The notes under the pieces were generated by a model, which was not told the origin of the DNA, did no database searches, and saw nothing but the letters and a program-made list of their open reading frames with translations. This document shows, in pieces, positions 19,297 through 25,713 of a stretch of DNA of 25,713 bases (the stretch's first letter is position 1; each line of letters begins with the position of its first letter). This stretch comes from a virus (taxonomy: Duplodnaviria > Heunggongvirae > Uroviricota > Caudoviricetes). Position numbers and translations under genes: made by a program. Where the stretch lies: IMG/VR virus record IMGVR_UViG_3300029877_000014. One strand, given 5' to 3'.

Positions 19297-20754
19297 TTAG
19301 GAGCGCCAAAAAAAACCTGAAAACAATATAATAACAGGATAAATTTCAAGGCGACCAAGAATCATAGCTATGCACATTAAACATTTTGCAATGTCATTAA
19401 GCACTCCGAATGACGATGCAGTAGCCCCAAAACCTAATCCCATATTATTAATACATGCAGCCACTGTTGCAAATGATGTAAGAAAATCATATCCCATACC
19501 ATTTAACACCAGTATAAAAAACACCGTGAAGAGAGTATAAAGAAAAAAGAAACTCCATACAGACCTCATTACACGATCTGTAACTATCTTCCCTCCTACA
19601 TTTACACTCAACAACGCTCTGGGATGAGAAAGCTGATTTATCTCGTGTTTGCTTTGTTTGAAAAGTATAAGAAATCGAAGTGACTTAATTCCACCACAAG
19701 TTGAACCTATACATCCCCCAAAGAAACTTGACAACAGCAAAAACACTATCGTGTGCGTGGGCCAACTTGCATAATCCTGCGTAGCTAAACCATTATCAGT
19801 GAGCATGGAGCTGGCAAGAAAAAACGAATGAATAAAACTTCCATGCAAGTCATACATACCTATATGCCAGACCTGGAAAGAGGTAACAATGATCACCCCT
19901 AAGGCTATTAACAGAAAGAAACGAAGTTCAATATCTCTGATTAAAGGTTTTATCGTTTTCCTGCTAATAACAATATACCAAAGAGTGAAGTTGAAAGCCG
20001 ATAGCAGGGAAAAAGAACCAGCCACCAGCTCAACCAAATAGTTATTAAAATATCCGATACTCTCGCTATGAGTTGAGAAACCACCAAGCGAAACTGTGGA
20101 AATCCCGTGACAAATAGCATCAAACAAAGGCATTCCTGCAAGTCTATAACAGACAATACAAGCAATACCTAATAAAGAATAAGTTATCCACAGTGTCCGT
20201 GACGTATCGGCCAGGCGGGGAGTGAGTTTGTCATCCTTAAATGGCCCCGGCATTTCTGACTGATAAAGCTTTGCACCACCAATACCCAATAATGGCAATA
20301 CAGCAACCGCCAGAACAATAACTCCTAAACCACCTATAAAATTTAACTGTGACCGATAGTACAAATATGCCCGAGGTAATGAACTAACATCATCAATTAC
20401 AGTTGCTCCTGTTGTTGTTATTCCAGAAACCCCTTCAAACAGAGCATCAATGAACGTTAAATTAAGTTCTGAGTCAATCCATAAAGGGAATGCACTAATA
20501 ACAGAAAACAAAATCCAAAACATTACAATTATAATAAACCCATCACGGGTACGTAATTGAATGCCAGATTTCTTAGTTGTATACCACGCTCCGCCACCAA
20601 TGCAAAAAAATATAACGAAAGTTATAAAGAAAACGAACAGGCTTTTTTCTTTATAAAACAATGCTACAACCATTGGTGGCAACATTGAAAGACTATAGAG
20701 CCAAACCAGGAACCCACACATATGAGTAACAACTCTTACATGAGATGTATTCAT
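19297..20754 (-). CDS. trkG: TrkH-family potassium uptake membrane protein TrkG
   Basis: Polytopic membrane protein starting MNTSHVRVVTHMCGFLVWLYSL... from the first ATG at 20754 (the track start at 20772 is TTG); matches E. coli TrkG as I recall it. Visibly AT-rich relative to flanking phage genes. Confidence 0.85.
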   Translation of the reverse strand: MNTSHVRVVTHMCGFLVWLYSLSMLPPMVVALFYKEKSLFVFFITFVIFFCIGGGAWYTTKKSGIQLRTRDGFIIIVMFWILFSVISAFPLWIDSELNLTFIDALFEGVSGITTTGATVIDDVSSLPRAYLYYRSQLNFIGGLGVIVLAVAVLPLLGIGGAKLYQSEMPGPFKDDKLTPRLADTSRTLWITYSLLGIACIVCYRLAGMPLFDAICHGISTVSLGGFSTHSESIGYFNNYLVELVAGSFSLLSAFNFTLWYIVISRKTIKPLIRDIELRFFLLIALGVIIVTSFQVWHIGMYDLHGSFIHSFFLASSMLTDNGLATQDYASWPTHTIVFLLLSSFFGGCIGSTCGGIKSLRFLILFKQSKHEINQLSHPRALLSVNVGGKIVTDRVMRSVWSFFFLYTLFTVFFILVLNGMGYDFLTSFATVAACINNMGLGFGATASSFGVLNDIAKCLMCIAMILGRLEIYPVIILFSGFFWRS

Positions 20755-20891
20755 ATCTAAATATTCTTTCAATTATAACCACCTTGCTGCAATATTATGA
20801 TTATACTGTATAAAATTTAACTCCTCTTAGATCTTACTTCACTGTTCCTTATGAAACAATCATCAAAATGAATCATATTGTAGTTAAGATT

Positions 20892-21356
20892 TTACTTTAA
20901 ACACTGCTCGGTTATGTATTGCTGAGCACCTTCAAGTTGGGCCTGCATCATTACCAGTCGTTCCCGGAGGGTGAAATAATCCCGTTCAGCGGTGTCTGCC
21001 AGTCGGGGGGAGGCTGCATTATCCACGCCGGAGGCGGTGGTGGCTTCACGCACTGACTGACAGACTGCTTTGATGTGCAACCGACGACGACCAGCGGCAA
21101 CATCATCACGCAGAACATCATTTTCAGCTTTCGCATCAGCTAACTCCTTCGTGTATTTTGCATCGAGCGCAGCAACATCACGCTGACGCATCTGCATGTC
21201 AGTAATTGCCGCGTTCGCCAGCTTCAGTTCTCTGGCATTTTTGTCGCGCTGTTCTTTGTAGGCGATGGCGTTATCACGGTAATGATTAACAGCCCATGAC
21301 AGGCAGACGACGATGCAGATAACCAGAGCGGAGATAATCGCGGTTACTCTGTTCAT
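20892..21356 (-). CDS. Rz: Inner-membrane spanin Rz
   Basis: Start [21 protein letters not shown]... at 21356 forms an ATGA overlap with the endolysin stop; N-terminal TM helix then coiled coil. Confidence 0.8.
   Translation of the reverse strand: MNRVTAIISALVICIVVCLSWAVNHYRDNAIAYKEQRDKNARELKLANAAITDMQMRQRDVAALDAKYTKELADAKAENDVLRDDVAAGRRRLHIKAVCQSVREATTASGVDNAASPRLADTAERDYFTLRERLVMMQAQLEGAQQYITEQCLK
20951..21136 (-). CDS. Rz1: Outer-membrane lipoprotein spanin Rz1, embedded in Rz in the +1 frame
   Basis: 61-aa ORF entirely inside Rz: signal peptide with lipobox ...LVVVGC, then a proline-rich mature part ([16 protein letters not shown]). Confidence 0.75.
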   Translation of the reverse strand: MRKLKMMFCVMMLPLVVVGCTSKQSVSQCVKPPPPPAWIMQPPPDWQTPLNGIISPSGNDW

Positions 21357-21850
21357 TGCTGACCCCACAAACAGATTTCACGCTCAATCTCACGACGAGT
21401 CATGAGACCTTTCCATTGCTTACCGCCAGCATATGTCCAGCGACGTAGCTGATCACATGCGCCTTTGATATCGCCCTGGTTTATTTTGCGAAGAAGCGTC
21501 GATGTTCTGAAATTGCCAGCACCCACGTTGTAAACGAATGAGTAAAGAGCGCCGCGCGTTGTTTCCGGTATATCGACTTTGATGTACGGGTTAATTTGTC
21601 TGGCGACCGTGGCAAGGTCTTTATTCAGGAGGGCTTTGCATTCTGCTTCGGTATACGTTTTACCGGGAATGATGTCTTTTCCGGTGTGTCCGTGACATAC
21701 AGTCCATACACCAACGATATCTTTATATGGTATGTAGCTGACACCTTCCAGACCATCGTTACCACTTGGGCCAGTGATTAACACTGATGCTATAGCAATT
21801 GCTCCGCCACCAATAGCAGCAGCAACGGCTTTTCGTAATGATGGAGGCAT
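21353..21850 (-). CDS. R: SAR endolysin (lysozyme with N-terminal signal-anchor-release domain)
   Basis: [39 protein letters not shown]... : weakly hydrophobic Gly/Ala-rich N-terminus followed by a lysozyme catalytic region; matches phage 21 R as I recall it. Confidence 0.85.
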   Translation of the reverse strand: MPPSLRKAVAAAIGGGAIAIASVLITGPSGNDGLEGVSYIPYKDIVGVWTVCHGHTGKDIIPGKTYTEAECKALLNKDLATVARQINPYIKVDIPETTRGALYSFVYNVGAGNFRTSTLLRKINQGDIKGACDQLRRWTYAGGKQWKGLMTRREIEREICLWGQQ

Positions 21851-22065
21851 TATTCACCTCTCGCAGCCTTGCGCTTATCTTCTTTAATCTTGAAATAAAG
21901 GTTTGTCAGGTACGTCAGCAGGCCAAATACCAGACTACCCAGCACACCGATTGCAGCCCACTGTGACGGAGTTACTCTATCGAGCAACTGTAAAAACCAG
22001 TAGCCAGCACTGCCTGCGGAGGTGCCATAGGCGACACCCGTTGTTAACTTATCCATGGATTTCAT
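21850..22065 (-). CDS. S: Pinholin S with dual-start motif (71-aa antiholin / 68-aa holin)
   Basis: [28 protein letters not shown]... from the ATG at 22065 with RBS GAGGTGGGGG; Met1-Lys-Ser-Met4 dual start; two TM segments. The track's start at 22158 is an upstream extension. Confidence 0.8.
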   Translation of the reverse strand: MKSMDKLTTGVAYGTSAGSAGYWFLQLLDRVTPSQWAAIGVLGSLVFGLLTYLTNLYFKIKEDKRKAARGE

Positions 22066-22336
22066 AACCCCCACCTCGCAGATGCGGGCGCTGTGTAATG
22101 GAAACAAAAAATGGCCACCAGCGGCCCGTAAAAAACACCCCGTCAAAAGCACCGGCATCCGCAGATGCCCTTTGCGTGGCGTTATTTGATGCGCGCCAGA
22201 TGTGGCGCAAAGAAATGAAATAAGACTTATCGAAAATTAAGGTCAATTTGATGATTTAAACCACTTCTGAAGCTTAGTAGTATGAACATGTCCCCAGAAG
22301 GGGGCCAATACTTATTATTCTTCATGGACTTTGTCC

Positions 22337-22369
22337 CGCGGTCTTAATCCGACGACCGCGCTACTTTTT
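22337..22369 (+). terminator. Plus-strand hairpin CGCGGUC...GACCGCG followed by CUAC-UUUUU (weaker terminator-like unit R1)
   Basis: Preceded by the mini-palindrome GGACTTTGTCCC; read from sequence. The T-run is 4 nt away from the stem. Confidence 0.3.
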
Positions 22370-22406
22370 CACCCTCTCGCAAATTGCTATCTAAAGGACT
22401 TTGTCC

Positions 22407-22439
22407 CACGAGTATTCCAGGATGCTCGTGTCTTTTTTT
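22407..22439 (+). terminator. Plus-strand intrinsic terminator R2 (CACGAG...CUCGUG followed by U-CUUUUUUU)
   Basis: 6-bp GC-containing stem extendable by A-T/wobble pairs, followed by a run of seven T; also preceded by GGACTTTGTCCC. Confidence 0.5.
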
Positions 22440-22455
22440 GTCCTGAGGAAGGAAT

Positions 22456-22479
22456 AAAAAAAACCGCCAAATATGGCGG
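22456..22479 (-). terminator. Minus-strand intrinsic terminator (CCGCCA-UAUU-UGGCGG followed by UUUUUUUU) downstream of the tRNA genes
   Basis: Perfect 6-bp stem with 4-nt loop and eight T on the minus strand; lies back to back with plus-strand terminator R2. Confidence 0.55.
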
Positions 22480-22839
22480 TTGGTCACTGCATGAGATAAA
22501 TCATTTTATTGTAATAAGAATCGAGGTGTCGGGTGCCTCCCGAAATATCCATCTCTACAACAGATATTGTGATTCCCCGCCAAACCACTATCTAAACCAC
22601 CCTCGCACTGAGGAACACCTCTGCGGTGCTTTTACAACACCAGAATGATGCATCACCGACCCTGCCAGGAAATACAAAATCTCCACCGATAATGCACCAT
22701 TCTGCTGCCGTAAAAAAATTAGCACTGTGACTACAACCGACCTCCAATCATAGTCAGAGAACGGATTGTCTTTTTAAAACAACCCACCCCACGTAATAAA
22801 AAATACGCCAGTGCCACGATACAATAAGGCTTGTTTCTC

Positions 22840-22914
<75 letters not shown>

Positions 22915-22917
22915 ATA

Positions 22918-22993
<76 letters not shown>

Positions 22994-23056
22994 ATTGGTT
23001 CTTCAGGGGAGCGATATCACCGAGCAAAGAAGAGTTCCCCCTCAGAACCGTTTTCG

Positions 23057-23084
23057 ATAATACGATTTAATATTCCAATCGCAA
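23057..23084 (-). promoter_or_regulatory. Candidate sigma70 promoter for the tRNA pair (-35 TTGCGA, 16-nt spacer, -10 TATTAT), with an AT-rich upstream tract
   Basis: Minus-strand hexamers read from sequence, about 60 nt upstream of the tRNA-Thr 5' end; 23101-23220 upstream is strongly AT-rich (UP-element-like). Identified by eye. Confidence 0.35.
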
Positions 23085-23230
23085 CAACACTTTGCGTCAA
23101 GTTATGTAAATTTATTTATATGTTTTTATTTTATGTGAATAATTCACTTTCACTTAAAATATATACAACAACATATAAATAAATTTATTTTGAAGGCGAT
23201 GATTAAATGTCGTTTCTGATATCACACCAC

Positions 23231-23260
23231 AGAAACAACAAAACCCGCTCGATGGCGGGT
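23231..23260 (-). terminator. Terminator-like hairpin (ACCCGCC-AUCGA-GCGGGUU followed by UUGUUGUUUCU) about 90 nt downstream of the Q stop; candidate tR'
   Basis: GC-rich stem and T-rich tail on the minus strand; position is consistent with the end of a short PR'-initiated transcript. Confidence 0.4.
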
Positions 23261-23346
23261 TCTATTAAAGTTTAATTGCGCTTGATTCGCCTCGCGATAC
23301 AGCTTTGCGAAGCGTAGCAAAATTGAAGCAGTTTATGCGTAAAAAA

Positions 23347-23889
23347 TCAAGCCGTTTTTTGAGCGAATGATTCTCGCATGGGAATGTATAGCGCATACTC
23401 AGCAACGGCCAACCAATTAGCAATTCGCTTTTCGCATGTGCTAAAACACCACTCTGGGTGTGCATCATTTAGCAATTCAGCCATTTTGCGTTTGGTCATC
23501 CCCCGCCCCTCATACCGTTGCCGAAGGACGCTAATCAATCCTGGATGCTCTGCCAGCACCTCACTTATGACCCGATCAATACATAACGCCTCTGCATCAG
23601 TACAATGCGCCAGCCAGCTCTTTTGCTTACCGTTAATCATATCCCGCAAAAAAGCCTCAAGTTCAGACTTGTTCAGACCTGCTTTTTTCATCCTCCGGAG
23701 CGCCTCGTTAATTGCCGTTTTTGTCAGCTTTTTAGAGGCCAACAACTGGTTGAACATATTCCCCGTCTTACCGCCGCCAATATACGACCAGCGCCCCCAC
23801 ATGCGCAGTTTTCCCTGAATCCAGACACTTTCCAGCGTGGTGAGACGAAGGTGTTCCCCGCTTTTGCCTGTATTTGTTGGGTAAATCAT
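23347..23889 (-). CDS. Q: Late-gene antitermination protein Q
   Basis: Start at ATG 23889 (MIYPTNTGKSGEHLRLTTLESVWIQGKLRMWGRW...) with ATGA overlap to the upstream gene; the track's start at 24009 is an upstream extension. Sits immediately before the tRNA/lysis region; Cys/His-containing C-terminal part. Confidence 0.7.
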   Translation of the reverse strand: MIYPTNTGKSGEHLRLTTLESVWIQGKLRMWGRWSYIGGGKTGNMFNQLLASKKLTKTAINEALRRMKKAGLNKSELEAFLRDMINGKQKSWLAHCTDAEALCIDRVISEVLAEHPGLISVLRQRYEGRGMTKRKMAELLNDAHPEWCFSTCEKRIANWLAVAEYALYIPMRESFAQKTA

Positions 23890-24176
23890 AAATAACCTTC
23901 CTTTCTCCAGATTTCTTGCGTGCGAAAAACACCTTCTGCATGCATCAGGCGTAAATCTTCTTTGGTGTAATCGCTTGTTTTTACCCGCCCGTCGATTAAA
24001 TCGTGGCATGAGCTACAGGCAATCGCCGCCTGCATATCGTGTGGTTTTGTCGCTGTTCCGCACGTTCCCGCCAGTCGGTAATGCGCCAGCACAGACGTTT
24101 CCGGATCGTGATTGCAGTAGCCAAGAATTCTGACGGTGCACATCCGCCCCCGCGCCGCTTTACGTAAATCCACCAT
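23886..24176 (-). CDS. NinG/YbcO-like zinc-binding protein (DUF1364-type)
   Basis: 96-aa ORF with two Cys pairs (CTVRILGYCNHDPE ... CSSCHDLIDGR), resembling DLP12 YbcO as I recall it; translationally coupled on both sides. Confidence 0.55.
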   Translation of the reverse strand: MVDLRKAARGRMCTVRILGYCNHDPETSVLAHYRLAGTCGTATKPHDMQAAIACSSCHDLIDGRVKTSDYTKEDLRLMHAEGVFRTQEIWRKEGYL

Positions 24177-24775
24177 TACGCAAACTCCAGCAGCTGCGCG
24201 GCCACATTTTCGACTTGTTCCGGAGAGGAAAATTTACGGAACAGAATCCAGTTCCACAGCACATTCAGAACAGATTTATAAACCTGCTGAAACTCGGTTT
24301 CGTCCATATTCGCAAAAGCGATAGATTTTGCCCGACGCCCGCGGCTACCGTCCGGATAAAAATGTTCGGTGTAAAATCCAGCCTGAATGGTTACCCACTC
24401 GCGAAAAGCCTCAAACGACTTTAGCAATGCCGTATCCCGGGTTCTGCGTGTCGCAACTGTATTCAGATATTGCTCTGCGGCATCACTCAGGGCTGGCGTG
24501 TGTTCCCGACCAACTGATTCGCACAGGTAATCAACGAAACCAGACAGCAGTTCTCGTTCGCGAGGCGTGATCGCCCCACCGACCGGAGTCCAGTAATCGA
24601 ATCCCAGTTGCAGGAGTTTGAAAAAACGCTTGTGGAATGCGTAGTTACGCACACGCTTAAAGTCTGCGTGTATCCACTCGCCTATTTTGATTTGATGCAG
24701 AAAATCACAACTCTCCGGCGTCGCCGGGAGAAGTAATCCGGAAGAGGTTTGTTTGACCAGTTGTATATGCGCCAT
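24176..24775 (-). CDS. Nin-region protein (DUF1367-like)
   Basis: 199-aa ORF directly upstream of the YbcO-like gene. Family assignment is from memory of nin-region proteins and is uncertain. Confidence 0.45.
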   Translation of the reverse strand: MAHIQLVKQTSSGLLLPATPESCDFLHQIKIGEWIHADFKRVRNYAFHKRFFKLLQLGFDYWTPVGGAITPRERELLSGFVDYLCESVGREHTPALSDAAEQYLNTVATRRTRDTALLKSFEAFREWVTIQAGFYTEHFYPDGSRGRRAKSIAFANMDETEFQQVYKSVLNVLWNWILFRKFSSPEQVENVAAQLLEFA

Positions 24776-25047
24776 TTCTTAATCTCTCGATGGCGCAGCG
24801 CAGCAGATGCCAGTTGTTCAGGCTGACGTATGAAGTATAAATAAACTGGCTCCAGTGTAAAGCCCCACCTTAATGGAATAAAAACCAAAAAACAGATTGC
24901 TGGGATACAAACAACGCTTATTATTAAAAGCGGTTAAACAAATTAAATTTTAATGTTATGCAAATCTGCCAGATCACCATAATATCTCATTTGAAAACCG
25001 CTGAAATAACAACCCTATCAGGGTTAATCATATTAAGGTGAGTAAAT

Positions 25048-25134
25048 ATGGAAAACAACAAATCTGCACATTACGTTCCTTTTTTATCTATAATACTTTT
25101 TGTATTTTGTTGTGTATGGGCGGTATTTTTATAA
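25048..25134 (+). CDS. Small hydrophobic peptide, 28 aa (MENNKSAHYVPFLSIILFVFCCVWAVFL), on the opposite strand to all neighbours
   Basis: ATG at 25048 preceded by AAGGTGAG at 7-nt spacing; single predicted TM helix; stop TAA at 25132-25134 followed immediately by a perfect hairpin. Below the track's length cutoff. Confidence 0.4.
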   Translation: MENNKSAHYVPFLSIILFVFCCVWAVFL

Positions 25135-25150
25135 AACACACCCACAAATA

Positions 25151-25178
25151 AATCAAACCCGCTACAGCGGGTTTGATT
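25151..25178. terminator. Bidirectional terminator-like perfect palindrome (12-bp stem AATCAAACCCGC / GCGGGTTTGATT, loop TACA) between convergent genes
   Basis: Read from sequence; flanked by T/A-rich sequence on both strands. Lies between the peptide stop (25134) and the 102-aa gene stop (25189). Confidence 0.5.
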
Positions 25179-25188
25179 TATATAGTTG

Positions 25189-25497
25189 TTATACGGAAAC
25201 TGGCACACGAGCAGGCAATGGATAGTGAGCCCAGTTATTAGCATTTAAAGCTCTTACGCCATCAGCATAAACTTGTGTGTTTCCATCTAATGATTTTAAA
25301 GTTACTACAATAGTTACAGGTAAAGGCTCCATTAAGGCCGGTTCATTCGCTCTCAACGTTGTTTTAGCCTGAAGAGCCCAGTTACCCGAAGTAATTCCTT
25401 TATTAAATGCCTTGCGATGAATTTTTACTGGTGACCACTTTCCACCATGCTCAATTTGAGCTCTCTCATATCCAGATTGACCGTTTTCTCCTTCCAT
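25189..25497 (-). CDS. Hypothetical protein, about 102 aa, AT-rich gene
   Basis: ATG at 25497 with RBS AAGGAAAAG (the track's start at 25503 is GTG). The same frame stays open upstream to a TGA at 25660-25662 without any ATG/GTG/TTG, so the real start is uncertain. No recognisable motifs. Confidence 0.4.
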   Translation of the reverse strand: MEGENGQSGYERAQIEHGGKWSPVKIHRKAFNKGITSGNWALQAKTTLRANEPALMEPLPVTIVVTLKSLDGNTQVYADGVRALNANNWAHYPLPARVPVSV

Positions 25498-25713
25498 AGG
25501 CACTTTTCCTTTTATAGTATTATTCTCAATTAAGCCAAAACTTAGCTCTACGTTCGCGCGAACATATTCACTGCCGGCATTAGGGTTCAGTGGTGGTGCA
25601 TATGCAGCAGTAATGGCTTTGTTGAATAAATCGAACTTTTGCTGAGTTGAAGGATCAGATCACGCATCCTCCCGACAACACAGACCATTCCGTGGCAAAG
25701 CAAAAGTTCAGAA

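Larger units (their letters stand above)
22255..22439 (+). ncRNA. Candidate small RNA antisense to the late-operon leader (boundaries approximate)
   Basis: Possible sigma70 promoter (TTTAAA 22255-22260, 17-nt spacer, TAGTAT 22278-22283); 5' hairpin GUCCCC-AGAA-GGGGGC (about 22290-22305); AU-rich single-stranded stretch; then the tandem terminator units. No convincing ORF. Confidence 0.3.

Noticed and set aside
22049-22246. 65-aa minus-strand ORF upstream of and overlapping the holin
   Set aside because: Trp/Arg/Phe-rich junk translation in an alternative frame; the holin start at 22065 has the real RBS.
22331-22648. 105-aa plus-strand ORF in the tRNA-to-holin interval
   Set aside because: Starts at TTG inside a hairpin, runs through two terminator structures and reads like noise; the interval is better explained as structured non-coding RNA.
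23101-23220. AT-rich stretch upstream of the tRNAs as a possible small gene or replication origin
   Set aside because: No ORF with a plausible start; the simplest reading is an UP-element-like promoter-upstream region and moron boundary.
25587-25713. Minus-strand open frame entering from the right window edge (…SELLLCHGMVCVVGRMRDLILQLSKSSIYSTKPLLLHMHHH)
   Set aside because: Only 42 codons visible and composition is not protein-like; cannot be called without more sequence. Mentioned in the findings only as part of the start-less upstream region.

Overview
The window is the late (lysis plus virion morphogenesis) half of a lambdoid prophage of an Escherichia-type host, with every protein gene on the minus strand. 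Gene order in the direction of transcription (right to left) is: nin-like genes, antiterminator Q, a tRNA-Thr/tRNA-Gly pair, a phage-21-type lysis cassette (pinholin with dual start, SAR endolysin, Rz with embedded Rz1), the AT-rich moron trkG, a ParB-like nuclease-domain gene coupled to an unknown 317-aa gene, small and large terminase, portal, head morphogenesis protein, scaffold, major capsid, head-tail joining genes, major tail protein, G/GT chaperone with a -1 frameshift site, tape measure, and lambda-like M, L, K, I and the start of J. The order Rz/Rz1 - trkG - ParB-like gene matches what I recall of the Rac prophage of E. coli K-12, here apparently with an intact structural region. Three loci are the best candidates for something undescribed: a structured plus-strand transcription unit with tandem terminators antisense to the late-operon leader (about 22255-22447), a convergent AT-rich cassette at the right edge encoding a 28-aa hydrophobic peptide and a 102-aa protein (24776-25713), and the ParB-like/317-aa gene pair ahead of the terminase (17443-19159). 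All calls come from reading the sequence and the supplied ORF translations; no database search, RNA folding or composition calculation was run.
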